A DNA stretch of 62,507 bases, the filler included, from Hausera hauseri (taxonomy: Eukaryota): NCBI GenBank assembly GCA_046269625.1. It is 12 parts of 12 records of this genome, joined end to end, with 100 filler letters (N's around TTAATTAATTAA, not from the genome) between each part and the next. Parts side by side here need not be neighbours in the genome. Positions count along the whole stretch, not along the records: positions 1 to 5,497 come from JBJURY010242294.1; positions 5,598 to 9,573 come from JBJURY010845080.1; positions 9,674 to 14,553 come from JBJURY010405367.1; 9 more parts are not named here. The stretch is one strand, 5' to 3'. The position numbers were made by a program, and so were the translations under genes. The notes under the pieces are model-generated. The model was given only the letters and a program-made list of their open reading frames with translations, was not told where the DNA came from and made no database searches. The stretch's first letter is position 1. Each line of letters opens with the position of its first letter. This document shows, one piece after another, positions 1 through 11,938 of this stretch.

Positions 1-1586
1 ATTCTTCTAGCAACCCTATACAATAAACTCGCAACTCAGAATGAAGGTTGAAGTCATACTTTACTAATATTGGAAACAAACTTGGTACGTTGTAATCATT
101 TATCACTATTCCCGAGGAAGGATTATTAAGGAGACAATATAAGAAATTAATCAAAAGCCGCTACAAACGTCGCTTACAATCCAACATATTCGTTATCATT
201 ATCCACGTTCTAGCATTTACCAGGATGAGCCGAAATGAAGATGACAGAAATGGAACTCAAGAAGAACAACACGGTAAATTCTTACTCAAATTTATGTATA
301 GATATTATGACTTAATTAAACTTATAATTAAATGACCATGGCCGCCAATAAGTATGTATATTTGTGATGAAATAAATGTTAATTTTTATAAATAACAACG
401 GTGAATTGTCCCGTCGAAATTATCTCTATCGGGGAATTTGCTAAATTGTTGACATTATCATTCATACACCTGTGTGGTATGATCTGACTAAACAGAAAAA
501 TCGCCGTGTACGTGTAGTTTGGTCGAGCGAAAATGAGTTATTGTAGCTGTGACAGTAATCAATTAAGATGTGGTGATGCTCAGTGCAGATTAATGCTGAA
601 ATATCGATAAATAATGGAACTACGAATTGGAGGGTCAATGACGTCAAATCATAGGAAAACACTCGGAATAGAGAGCGATTATTTACTACGTCAGCTCCCC
701 AGTTGCTTTCACGAGATACGATACCGACCACATAACGAATTCGATAGATAACAGCTGTCATATCACTTTGACGCAGTGAGGTGAATTCGTCAGGATTGTA
801 AAAGTCAATGCGATAAAATTCAAAGTGGACCCATCGTGGATTGTTGGGTGACTAGTTTGGCATTTATCGTTCGGTGTAAAGGGAAAGATCGGCACGAATA
901 TCTGCAGTGAAATGTCATTTAGGCGGCATGAATCACAACTAATTCATGTGTGATTGCGATTACTGGCTTATATTGTCTTAGGCGGTTGTGAGGACATATT
1001 AGAGTTCTATAACGACTGAACTGATAGATAAAAGGTGAACGATGGAATAAAGCCGGTAAAAATCCATAGAAGGTAGAATAAAGTTGCGTTAATATCCATA
1101 GAATGTAGAATAATGTTGCGTTAATATCGTTATGGGATAATGGTTCTGTAATTGCATAGTCTTTATCGTCAATGTATGATTGGACTGTTGTCTATCTGTG
1201 ATGTTTTTCCCCCTTTTAGTTCTTACCCCTTTATTTTTGTGATCTAAAATGATGTTATACCGTTGTATACTCTATAGAATCGATGTGTTGTCATCTGAGG
1301 CCACGCGGTAATAAAGGTGTTTTATTATACACGTAATAAAGGTGTTTTGTTGTTGCAGAATACGAATGCTATTACATTTAGATAAATTCAGCACGAAATT
1401 TGGTTTTGCCCAGCGGATAGAAATTTGTCGATTGCCTAAGTCAAAAAATAATCAACCCTTTATTACTGGATGAAATACCACTATACTTCATTACGGGATG
1501 AAATACCACTATACTGAAAACTGGTTGTGCTTAAATAAATATATTTCGATTATTGAATAAAATTTTTGATATCAACATGGTTAACA

Positions 1587-1886
1587 TGTTATGGGAACTG
1601 GAAACATTAAGGTTAGTATACTACACAAGAGGAAGTATCATTGTAGCCGAAGAGTGATAGGGAATTGTACTAACCTAGGAATATTTGAGTATCCCATACG
1701 ATCCACGCAAAATTATAAGCGCAGGCAAGTCACTGCTGCCGAACCGCCATCGAACTCACGGCTCGCCTAAACCTAGAAGTGATGCGAGCCATTTATATAC
1801 TTTATGTTGACGGATACCGTTAATCATACTGAAATACCAATCCCGAACATGTTTATTACAAATTAATTTTTTATAACGAGATTACA
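1587..1886 (-). repeat. LTR-like segment related to the LTR at 50350-50660
   Basis: Shares TGTTATGG(G)AACT and GCGCAGG...CCGAACCGCCA.CG.ACTCAC with 50350-50480. Minus-strand TATATAAA near 1793-1800. The right boundary is uncertain. Confidence 0.4.
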
Positions 1887-2029
1887 CGTTAAATCAGCGT
1901 AATATTTCCATCTTTTGCACATCACTACACTTTATTTTATACCACGGTTATCATGCACAATAAAGTTATCAGTGTGCTAATCTACCAATGACATGCACGC
2001 AAAGTATTTCATAAATCTACTTATATTGA

Positions 2030-2425
2030 TTTTTAACGATTATAAATACCATTTCAAATTTCAAGTTCCCGGTGAGTTCGAAAGTGTCGTTTGTTTCGTG
2101 CTTTAGCTTTTTCCCACATAGATTCAACTGTCTGAGTGTGAACACCAGTTAATGGGTCAATAAAGTTGGTTGAATGATTAACTGTTATGTGATTGTAGCC
2201 AACAGCATTAATTCCATTATATGATGTCCATAAATCTGAACAAATTATGGTAGAGTCAAGGCCGTTCGATCTGGTTACGTATATAGGAAAAATTCGCCCG
2301 TTTCCCTACATATACCTCCAAATAACTCTTGAGGCAGTAATATTCGTCCTACATTATTTCTAAGACGTGGAAACTGACTTTCATCAATTTCAACTGTCAT
2401 CCCGTGTCCTCTAATTCGTGGTGGA
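2030..2425 (-). pseudogene. Merlin / IS1595 (ISXO2-like) DDE transposase fragment
   Basis: Motifs [56 protein letters not shown]. Contains a stop and frameshift, and the 5' part ends at the mariner. Confidence 0.82.
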
Positions 2426-2427
2426 TA

Positions 2428-3670
2428 CATGGTGCGTTCAATAAGTACCCGACCTGAGACAGAAAGCAATTTTAGGAACACGTAATTTGTATTACACAAA
2501 AAGACAAACATATATAGCTATCATTTCTCAACATAAGTCCCATTTCTCAACACCTATGTCAACGAGCCACCAGTTCGTCAAATGCTTGTTTGAAGAAGTC
2601 CGGAGGACAGTCATCAAAGAAAGCCTCCACAGCAACCCTCAAGTCGTCGTTGGACTGAAAGTTTTTCCCTCGCAAATGCTTCTTGAGGTGTCTAAAGAGC
2701 CCAGTCGGTCGGTGTCAAATGTGGAATGTATGGCCTGCAGCTTCAATTGTGGCCCGAGAAACACATGCCGTATGCACTGGCGCATTACCTCGCAGGAACC
2801 ATAGTGACATGGTCCTTTGCTTTCTTTTATGCCTGGTGTTGCAACGAGCTGACTGTAATATCCGGAATTGATTTTGACGCCGTTATCCTCAAAGTCCGTG
2901 TGGATGATATCCTTTTGATTCCAGAACACGGAAAGCATTATCGCCCGTTTGTGGCTGGTCCTTGTTCGCATCTTCAAAGACGGCTTCTCTCCAGGCAATT
3001 TTCACTCCACCGACTCACATTTGGTTTCAGACAAGTATATGCTAAGCGGGGTTTCATCCTCCTTAATTAAAATTGCCAGTAAAGTCTCCTGATGTTCATA
3101 AAGAGCCAAGTTGTTTTGACAGCTTTCCATTCGGTTTTGCATCATTTCACCAGAAAAGATCGGGGGACAAATCTGGAATATAGGTTTCTGATGCCCAACG
3201 CATTTAATTTTGCAGAGGCCGTACCGACGCTGATGTTCAATCGGGTTGCCAGCGATCTCGTGGTTATTCGACGCTCTTGCATGACTTTCTGCAATTTTCC
3301 ATCCACGGAGTTAAGTTTCTCTCGGAAGGCTAGTCTTTCTTCATCAAATACTGAGGTGCGTTCATCTTTAAAGTCCCTCACCCAATATTTCACAGTTGAT
3401 AGTGATGGGGCATCGTTGGGTATGTCGACTACAGAAGCTAAAGATTTCGCTGCATGTTTTACTCTGTAATACGATAAACTTCATTGCACTGCGGTATTCG
3501 ACGTCTGAAATCATGACTAAGACGAAAATTCAAATTCCACTGAAATACTTTTGCTACATACTGATAAACCAATATTGCAAACCTAGACATATAGCTGTTC
3601 TTGCAAATAGTGTCTGGTTCTTAGCCACATTCTTTCCTTGTTAGGTCGGATACTTATTGGACACACCACG
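2428..3670 (-). mobile_element. Full-length degenerate mariner (Tc1/mariner) element
   Basis: 28-bp imperfect TIRs (2428-2455 and 3643-3670), each flanked by TA. Transposase fragments include WVRDFKDERTSVFDEER and IMLSVFWNQKDIIHTDF...INSGYY. Several stops and frameshifts. Confidence 0.9.
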
Positions 3671-3832
3671 TACTTTGTTTTTTTATTTGCTGATTAATTT
3701 CTAGTGGTTCCTTTTTTAATCTTCTAGTCTCAGAATTAATAAGGTCGTTGATATTATTTATCCAAATAACAATTATTGTATTTTATCATGAAATTATTGT
3801 TTTATTGGTATGGTATATTTTTTACAAACAAA

Positions 3833-4060
3833 AGTAGGGGAAAATACGGGTTCTCCCTCACTCCGGGGGGTTAATCGATAAATGAATTTTGCACATCGGT
3901 GGTGTGCTAGGCGACGATGCCGTTAGGCATTGTTGCTAAGCACATTTTTGCACATTTGACAAATCGATCGCTGTACATTGCACAATTGATTGAATCGATC
4001 GGGACAAACTGCTAATCGATAGTGCACATTAGTGCAAACAACGGCAATCGATTCCTCATA
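3833..4060 (+). repeat. Probable Polinton terminal inverted repeat (starts AGTAGGGG)
   Basis: Homologous to 9312-9573. Starts with AGTAG, matching Polinton 5'-AG termini, and lies ~1.3 kb upstream of a pPolB N-terminal region. Confidence 0.6.
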
Positions 4061-5139
4061 TGAAAACCCCTTTATACATAAAAATTATTCCATGAAAATG
4101 TGCTATATAGATACAAAATCAATATTTCGAATTAAGCAAAACGTGCATTTAAAGTCCAGTGAAGCGGAAACCGATAAATCTAATAGTGGAACTGAATAGG
4201 AAGCCATGTATGTCGAATCGGAATATGACATCAGATATTCGAATTCCAGCTCACAATTCGAATATTTAGCTATTCGAACTCGAAAACTCGGTCAAGCATG
4301 CACTATTCGAAGAATCTAATGACGCCATTCGAATCCCCATGGTCGAAAACCGTAATTTTGGCACCCGCATGAATTTAATATAATTGATGCATTAAAACCA
4401 ATCAATAATCGGGGCAGTACATGGTTATATGGCTATATTTTTCATTATTTCCAAAATCACTTCAACGAATGGTTAGTTTTTAATTGTGTTCCTCAAATAA
4501 TTGGTTGATTTTTAGAAGTGCAAACTTTACAGAGAAGGCTTGGCTCAAATCCATGAGCTTCAAAATTGCCACAGTATTATGAAAAAGTACTTTAGCCATA
4601 TTTACAACAGTGTTTAGTATTATATATGCCCTACATTTGAGGTAGTGTCAAACCAATTATGAAGACTTTTACAATGTCTATAAACAGCACTTGATTTCCT
4701 TCACCAAGTCGAAGAAACAAATATTCAGTACCAGTATGCCAATAACAACTTTCGTGCCAAAGGAAAATCAAAGATTCAGTTAGTATGTGTATTGCACACG
4801 TGCAATACACAACCCTCAGAATTACCACAATGCCATAAGGAGCTATTATTGACACATTCAACATGATCATTTATTATATCTCTCCAGGATGTGAGGCTGT
4901 ATGTGATGGAGATTACATACAGTTTTATGATGATCACAAACATCATTTGACAGACTTCGCATAAAAGTCAAAGAAAATCATCTTTAATGAACATGAGCCA
5001 GTTGCACAGCCTGCAGTACCAAGGCTTGTAGTACCATGGCCTGTAGTACCACAGCCTGCAGTACAGTTAGATGCAGGACTAAAACACGCATCGGACGCAT
5101 CAGGCGTAGCGGCTCCAACAAAATGTCAGACAGCGGCCA

Positions 5140-5497
5140 GTTAATGTAGCTGCACTTAAGAGCAAAGTGCGGCGATACTTTATGGCAGAAGTGAGGCAGA
5201 TATCTCTCCATGAATTCCTGGAATATTCAAAGTAGGAGGCAGCAAGAATTCTTGTAAGACAACTTGTTGGAGCTGAATACCTTTAAGGTGAACTTAAAAT
5301 TGGAAGCCACTTTCACTAGTGTCAAAGGAAAGCTGTCTAGTACAGCCTTCAGGACACTATTGAAGAACAGGACATTATTTAAATCCTTTAACATTAAGGA
5401 TTTCGTTACTGAGGACTGTGCAAGGCTCATCCGCGAAGCCGAAGAAAGCCAGGACAAGAAGAGTGGTTGGACTTTAGCAACAATAAAGGGGTTACTT
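5140..5497 (+). pseudogene. Polinton protein-primed DNA polymerase B, N-terminal region
   Basis: ALKSKVRRY...LHEFLEYSK / FKVNLKLEATF...EESQDKKSGWTL resembles the KVN...(G)SGW region of the Polinton pPolB N-terminus. Cut by the contig end. Confidence 0.7.
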
Positions 5498-5597
5498 NNN
5501 NNNNNNNNNNNNNNNNNNNNNNNNNNNNNNNNNNNNNNNNNTTAATTAATTAANNNNNNNNNNNNNNNNNNNNNNNNNNNNNNNNNNNNNNNNNNNN
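5498..5597. other. Artificial contig linker N44-TTAATTAATTAA-N44 (first of 11)
   Basis: Identical 100-bp spacers at 5498, 9574, 14554, 19722, 24500, 29365, 35513, 40019, 47461, 52070 and 56455. The core has stops in all six frames and the flanking sequences are unrelated. Confidence 0.98.
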
Positions 5598-6124
5598 TTC
5601 TGTGACTGACACTTGCCCTTAAAGTAATTTCACTTTTCTTGGATGGATCCCTTGTGTATATTCTTCGACCACTAGCCTAATTTCCCTTTTGTTAAAACCT
5701 GCAGTTCATAGAACTCTGTCTTTTCGGCACAACCAATCTCCTTTCTTATCTGTTACATCAAACATCTTAGTAAAATCATTGTTTGCAGGTCTTCGATTAT
5801 GTCTTTCACACTTCTTTATATCATTTTCAATTTTTCTCTCAACTATTAATTTACCTTGTTGAATTGGCAAATTCAGCTATTTCCATAAGTGTTTTACTTT
5901 ACTTTAGTGTTTTCCCTCTCTTTTCTGTTCTTTACATCAAAAGCCAAAGTTTTATATCTGTCTAAGATATCCTGTTCCATTGGAATTTTTCTCATTTGAT
6001 CAAGACTGTCAACCGTAATATGTTTTCTTGACGTCTTGCCTTTTTGGAACAGCATCGAATTTGAAGACCAAATTTCCTTGTTTTTCTTTGAAGGGAGAGG
6101 GTTTTTCAACATATCACCTCTCAA
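5598..6124 (-). pseudogene. hAT-like (hATm-type) transposase N-terminal fragment
   Basis: Frameshifted continuation VKHLWK*LNLP...MFDVTDKKGDWLCRKD..FYELQV..KG...IHPRK resembles hATm-type transposase N-termini. Confidence 0.45.
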
Positions 6125-6699
6125 CTTTTAATTCTCAAGACTAGACACTCAATTCAATAAATAATATAAAACAACAAAAATCAAAGTTAGTTGGATAACA
6201 ATGTGTTCAGTTTCCGCTAATTTAAATGGAAGAGCGTATATTTAATTTGATTATCATAAAATTAGTAAATCAACAGATGAACAATATGTAATCGTTCATG
6301 TGTAAAGTTAATATTTAAAGAAAATGAAAAATATTAATGACGTAACGGATAATTAGACGAATGCATTAAACTTTGACATTACATGAACGGCAAACTGGAA
6401 ATCCTACATTAGTAAAATGTAGATTGAAAAAAGAATGGAAAATTTAATGAAAATTCAAAACTCCTCTGTATTATTGGGAAAATTGAAGAATGACAAAATG
6501 ACGTAACATTAAAAAGCCCATATTGCATAATATTTTTTATATTATTAATCAGCATAAACTTTTGCACTTGTTGAACCTGCAGAACTTGTAAAACTCCGGC
6601 TAGCAATAAGGTGCTCTTCCTCATTAGTGTACAGAATACGGATGTCCGTATATGGATTTCGGGAAACTTTTCCATTTCATAGTATAGCACTTTTCAACC

Positions 6700-6771
6700 G
6701 ACTATTGTAAGAGGTTCGGGAACCAGGTGGTACGGTTTTTAGAGGTGTACGGAAGTAGAGGTTCTACTGTA
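6700..6771 (-). repeat. pogo/Tigger-type TIR end (TA-CAGTAGAACCTC)
   Basis: Minus strand reads TACAGTAGAACCTCTACTTCCGTACACCTC. Similar ends occur near 18050-18078 (TACAGTCAACCCTC) and 35401-35470. Confidence 0.35.
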
Positions 6772-7091
6772 CCAAGTCAATTCTTTCATATCCTAGGTTA
6801 AATGCAACTCGTTCTTCGCTTTAATGAACAGTTCGTATAACCACATAGTATCCGTATTGTCTAAAAATACTTCCGAGATAACGAATCACGAACTTATACC
6901 AATACCCTCAGTCAACAGGAATTATCATTTTTTGACAAACTAAATATATTTTCATGTAATGTTGCTTACTTAATATTATATTACAGCGATATTAAATGCT
7001 TTTTACCTGACGTGAAATAGAATTTCACAGTACTGAACTGCACAGAAAACAGTATTAAAAACAGTATTATGTAAATATAACTTGTCTCTCA

Positions 7092-8260
7092 TTGTCTGAA
7101 ACAAATTTGACTGATATATGTTTAACTGTTACTGAGCAACCTAAAGAATTTAAAATTCCGGATAGGAAAAATAAATCTCGAAATATAAATAAGGCAGACT
7201 TAAATAACGTAAATAATACTGACAGAAAATCCAACAGTAGATCGAAGCTACATATTTTTACATTTGATACTTTGAATCTACCGGCGTATAATGATAACCC
7301 GGACGGATTAAATGAGTTTCTGAGAACATCAGTTGCATGCAGAAGGTGCCGAGCTTGCACCTGAAGTAATGATTAATTGACCATCATTATACTTGAAAAA
7401 TTTGGCTGCCGATGCCTATAACGAAAATTGCCACCAACTGTGACTCCACAAGAGAAACGTTTGGCTTTCCAGAATAGATTTCAACAGAAGGGTGAATCGG
7501 TAATCCAGTTTGTATTTGCATTAAACAAACTTGCGAATAGTTATGTAAGTACTCTAAGAATAGCTCATGTACATAAAGCCAAAACGGACGCAGAAAGCGA
7601 CTCCGCAGAAAAGGGAACTCCTTCCGATTTAGGCGTTATGATGATGACTCAATTAATATATGGTATCACGTCTAGATATTTAGTTAAATAGTTAATTTTA
7701 GCTCGACTAGAAAACTTTGACAAAAACCTTGCAGTTAGCTCAAGATCTAGAAATGGCGTTAGATAGCTATACCAGACAAAATGACTGAAACGATAGAAAT
7801 AACGACCGAAATGATCGCAACGATAGGAACAGAAATGATAATCGTAACGGGACGATAGGCGATTAATTAACAGTAATAGAAGCTATGATAATACAAAGCA
7901 GAACGGTAATATCGATAGTAAAAGGAACCGATACGATAATAGAAATTACAGTAATAACCGAAGTACGAATAATTCGGCCATTAAGTCAAGCTATAATGCC
8001 GATAGAAATTAAAATAGTTATAGAGGTTCTGATAATGGAAATCGGTATAATGATAATTGAAATAACTCAAACCGACATAATGGGGATAACAGACAAGGTC
8101 CGTCGGTCAAGAATAATAATAGAAATATGAGTAGATCGAAGTTACCTGTAAATGAAGATGGTCGAAAGAGTTGGCACAAATGGCAATTTAATCTGTTATA
8201 CACGCGGTCAAGGACATATAGCGAGATCATGTCCAAACCCGCGAAGTGTTTCATTTGTTG
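7092..8260 (+). pseudogene. Ty3/Gypsy gag (degenerate)
   Basis: FQNRFQQKGESVIQFVFALNKLANSY is a retrotransposon gag motif. It is followed by an R/N/D-rich linker and a decayed zinc knuckle CYTRGQGHIARSC. Confidence 0.75.
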
Positions 8261-9311
8261 AATCTAGAAAAACTAGTCTAATTAAAACCAATGAAAATTT
8301 AGAAGCAACGTACGGTATCCGTGATGATACAGGTATGGTTATTGAAATACAGGACTTACGACGGTTTATAAAAAGTCAATGTGATACGAACAATCCAAAA
8401 GTCCTAATGACTAGAAAAAAATTGAACAGAAATTACGATTATGAGAAGTTCATCACGGTCTCAAGGAACCGGAAACTTAACAAGAGCACTCAATAGTTCC
8501 GTCAAAACGGATTTATATGGCACGTAAAAAGAATTCCCCGTGGTTAATAAAGTGACGGACAAGATATATAAACCAGAAACCTCTGTCAATGTAGATTTAG
8601 ATGCAGAACCTGAGTATACAGCTGAAAACGTGGAGAAAATAACTGAAGCCGATGTAGTCAAAAAGAGTTCATGAAGCCATTAATTCTAAAAATAACGAAA
8701 AATGAACGTCTAAACCCATCAATAAAACGGAAACGTAAAAACCGTTCACGATCTCCAATGATGAAAGAGAATTTAGAGAAAACGAAGGAGACTGAAATTT
8801 TTATAGAAAATAACGTAGAACGTAGTTTAAATACGCCAATCGTGGTTGAGAAACCAACCGAATCAGCACACGAGATAAACGACATATGCCCATTGACTTC
8901 AAGTGAAGATGAGACGGAACAAACTGAAAAAATCGAGAAAAATATGTGGAAAATCAGAATCATGGAAAAATGATGATGAATTAAAAGAAATCAGAAACGT
9001 CCCGATGAATCCAAAGACACTACGACAAAACATAGAAAAACTTAAAAGGATAACTGAACAAGTAAATATTTCTGGCAAAGAATAGCAGTTCGCTGAAAGA
9101 ATGCACAAGAAGTTAATATCATGCAATGAAGAAAATTGGACGAGTCACTAGATTTAGATGAATCTGAATCAAGACTTGATAGACAAATGGAAAACTGAAT
9201 TAAATTTGTATATAAAAGTGGATTTAATGTTCCAGAATCATGGACCAAAATTGGGATCACATGATGGTTAAAGCTCAATAGTTGATAATTGTGGAAACAT
9301 TGGAGCTGTGG

Positions 9312-9573
9312 AGTAGGAGGAAAATGGGAATTCTGGCCCACCCCGGGGAGAGGGGGTAATTGATAAATCAGTTTTGCACATGTGCCAATCGATAGTGCAC
9401 ACTGTGCGCTATCGATCCATAGAGTGATAGGCGACGGTGCCGCTAGGCACCGTTGCTAAGGGCACTTTTGCACATTTCACAAATCGATCGCTGCATAGTG
9501 CAGTATTGATCGAATCGATCGGGATAAAGTGCTAATCGATAGAGCACATCGAGTTGCACCTTGATTGATTATG
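9312..9573 (+). repeat. Probable Polinton terminal inverted repeat, second copy, abutting the gag-containing element
   Basis: Starts AGTAGGAGGAAAA and is colinear with 3833-4060, including the hairpin and the ATCGAT/TGCACA motifs. Confidence 0.6.
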
Positions 9574-9675
9574 NNNNNNNNNNNNNNNNNNNNNNNNNNN
9601 NNNNNNNNNNNNNNNNNTTAATTAATTAANNNNNNNNNNNNNNNNNNNNNNNNNNNNNNNNNNNNNNNNNNNNTA

Positions 9676-10330
9676 AAACCGATCTTTATACGCGTTTTTG
9701 TTATTCTTGCGCTTCACAAGAAGGTCTAACAGTTCCTGTGTGCCTAAAACTGCTTCTCTAAAATAAGTCATCGAAGCGATAAGAGCAGTATTTCGACAAT
9801 CGCCAGGTCAGCACTTTTTATTGTTATACCCAGTAATGTTTTTATTATCCAGATCCGGATTCTCATTTAAATAACGCTGGATCAAATCCCGAGTCACTTC
9901 AGTCATGAATCTAAAAAATATCCAACTTCTGTCGACAGATCGACAGTACAGTCGTAACAGATGGACCGTCTGTGTTTGAATATATTCGAACTGACAAAAC
10001 GGATTAGGTTCATGAAGCGAACCAGCCATGTCGGTCGAACGTGATAAACAGAGGACCAGAAGATCGAGAATAAGGCCGTAGTATTGAATAATAAACGACG
10101 ATAATTGGAGACCTCTGATTATACCAAAAATATTTGAATGCATCATGTCTTTGTATGAAGCACGAAGGTTATTTTTGGAACTCATGTAATCACCGATATT
10201 GTGATCCATAATCAAACGCAACAAACGATTTAAAAATGTCAAATCGATCTTTTCATACGTTTCCAGCAAAACATTACATTCATCATTAGAAACGATCCAG
10301 ATATTCTCCAGATTATTGATTCTGCGTCAC
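9676..10330 (-). pseudogene. PRPF8: PRP8 (U5 snRNP splicing factor) fragment with internal deletion
   Basis: [12 protein letters not shown]...[29 protein letters not shown]...[18 protein letters not shown]...YNNKKC*P, then a jump to [27 protein letters not shown] and a frameshifted TRIKIG. Confidence 0.93.
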
Positions 10331-10644
10331 CATTTTTTACATGCTGTATCATTTTTCTCCACATAAAGTTTATGAATTTTCGAATCAGTCAATTTCGACG
10401 AACAGTAACCAGAATATATATCATTTGAGTCTCTGAAGAAGAAGAGATTACGCAAATAAAATAATCCAAATTCATTGTTGCTGTAATCAAAATCAGATGA
10501 TCGAAAAAGATCTGAGGTCCCATTGAACTCTTCATTGCCACATCTGTCATAAATTTTGCGTTTATTATCATCTGATAATGTTTTATAAGACCGACTAATC
10601 AGGTTAAAAATTTTTTGTAATCGACGGTTGGAAAATATTAACAT
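10327..10644 (-). pseudogene. Partial J-domain (DnaJ/Hsp40 helices III-IV), in frame with the PRP8 fragment
   Basis: FNLISRSYKTLSDDNKRKIYDRCG matches F..I..AYEVLSD..KR.IYD.YG and is followed by an F/G/S-rich stretch. No HPD motif is visible. Confidence 0.62.
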
Positions 10645-10729
10645 CCAAATTATTACGAATTATTTGTCCAAAAAATGGCGTAATTATGACAATTTCAAAA
10701 ATTCAAAACAAATAACTTTTTATTGCATA

Positions 10730-11700
10730 TTAAAACAAATACATTTGTTTTTCGTTTTTTACAAGGTCAAGCAAAGGTTCATATTTCTCAGCAAACATTT
10801 CAACAACTGACAATGGTTCTCGCCATATGGCATATAAGAAGCAATAAGCCCAAATCTGATTATTATACTGTTTCAAATCTTTTTCCTTTAATGCTTCGAT
10901 CATATCTACAGCTGAATTGACTTTGTACGCTTCAAAGGATGACGATATTCCTCTAGTAACCATAATCGCAGAAAATTTCTTTAAATTCATTTTTGATAGT
11001 AAATTTCTAAATACCACTACAACACTGAAACAAGGATTATTTTCGAGTAAAGCATTTTTGAATAGCTTATCAACAAACAGCGGCAAAAAATTTCCATTAG
11101 AAATCTCCAGAATCTTTCCTGACAATCTCAATGCAAATTTAAATTCACAAACTCCCAATAAGGAGTTCGAAAATATCTTATTATACTCATTCAATATGTT
11201 AAGTGTCACCCTGTGAACAAATGTTCTATATCTTCAAATGGCGCATTACTAGACGCAAATTTCTTTACACACTGAATTTCTTCCGTTCTGGAGAACTAAA
11301 CTGTTTTATGCTTCAATAATAATAAAGCTCCAGCGAACAGACTACGTGAACAAAGTCTTCAAATGCAATCTTTTACTTGCTTTACATCACATAGTTTGTT
11401 GAGAAATTAATCATCTTCAACAGTTGTTCTTAGGATGCTTAATGTTGCACCAATTCCAAATAACAATGGTGAAAGCATTCCGTAGCATTTGGGCCAATGT
11501 CATTGTAAATAATTGGATTATTTAACGCGTTAATACATTCATCAATGTCCAAAACAAATGCATACGATTTGGCAATAAAGCCCAGACAATTGACGAAAAG
11601 GATGTAATTTTGCTTCTCCAACGCTTTGTAAAAATTCATCAATTTTGTTATATTGATTGGAAAGAATTGCACAACCAATTAGCCATGCATATTTAGTAGC
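10730..11700 (-). pseudogene. Unidentified alpha-helical protein remnant
   Basis: Coding-like ORFs of 159 aa and 79 aa separated by stops. No recognisable motif. Confidence 0.3.
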
Positions 11701-11825
11701 ATTATAAATTCCTTATTCTTTCATTTTGTCAATCAAATGTAAAGCCGTGTCAAGATCACCCATGTACAAAATCGTTTTAATAAACTGTCAAACGTAGCAT
11801 TGTTAAACTAAATCCCTCTTTTTGA

Positions 11826-11937
11826 AATTTTGGAGGCGGAAGTCGGGACCCGCCTATGGGCCCGACGCGGCGGCAGTGGAAACCCGGCCGTGTCCAACGA
11901 AATGAGCCAAACGGTAACGGCCGCTGTGGGCACCACA
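11826..11937 (-). repeat. Inverted LTR-like GC-rich segment homologous to 14189-14303
   Basis: The reverse complement starts TGTGGTGCC and aligns with the 3' LTR start over ~110 bp (e.g. cgccgcgtcgg, gggtcc(c)gact, aattt). Confidence 0.55.
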
Positions 11938-11938
11938 A

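Noticed and set aside
440-1376. Degenerate minus-strand coding-like region and LTR-like end (AATAAA...ATTACA) with short tandem duplications
   Set aside because: No recognisable motif, partner LTR or TSD, so no call can be supported.
5003-5065. 15-bp tandem repeat giving an ORF with LQA(V/M/L)V repeats on the minus strand
   Set aside because: It is the shadow of a Pro/Val-rich linker upstream of pPolB on the plus strand.
5542-5553. TTAATTAATTAA recurring about every 5 kb as a biological repeat or CRISPR-like array
   Set aside because: Always centred in exactly 44+44 Ns, so it is an assembly linker.
9808-10329. TGA at conserved Trp and Cys positions of PRP8 suggesting stop-codon reassignment
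   Set aside because: Each is one substitution from TGG or TGY, the fragment also has a deletion and a frameshift, and the FAM47-like gene ends in TGA.
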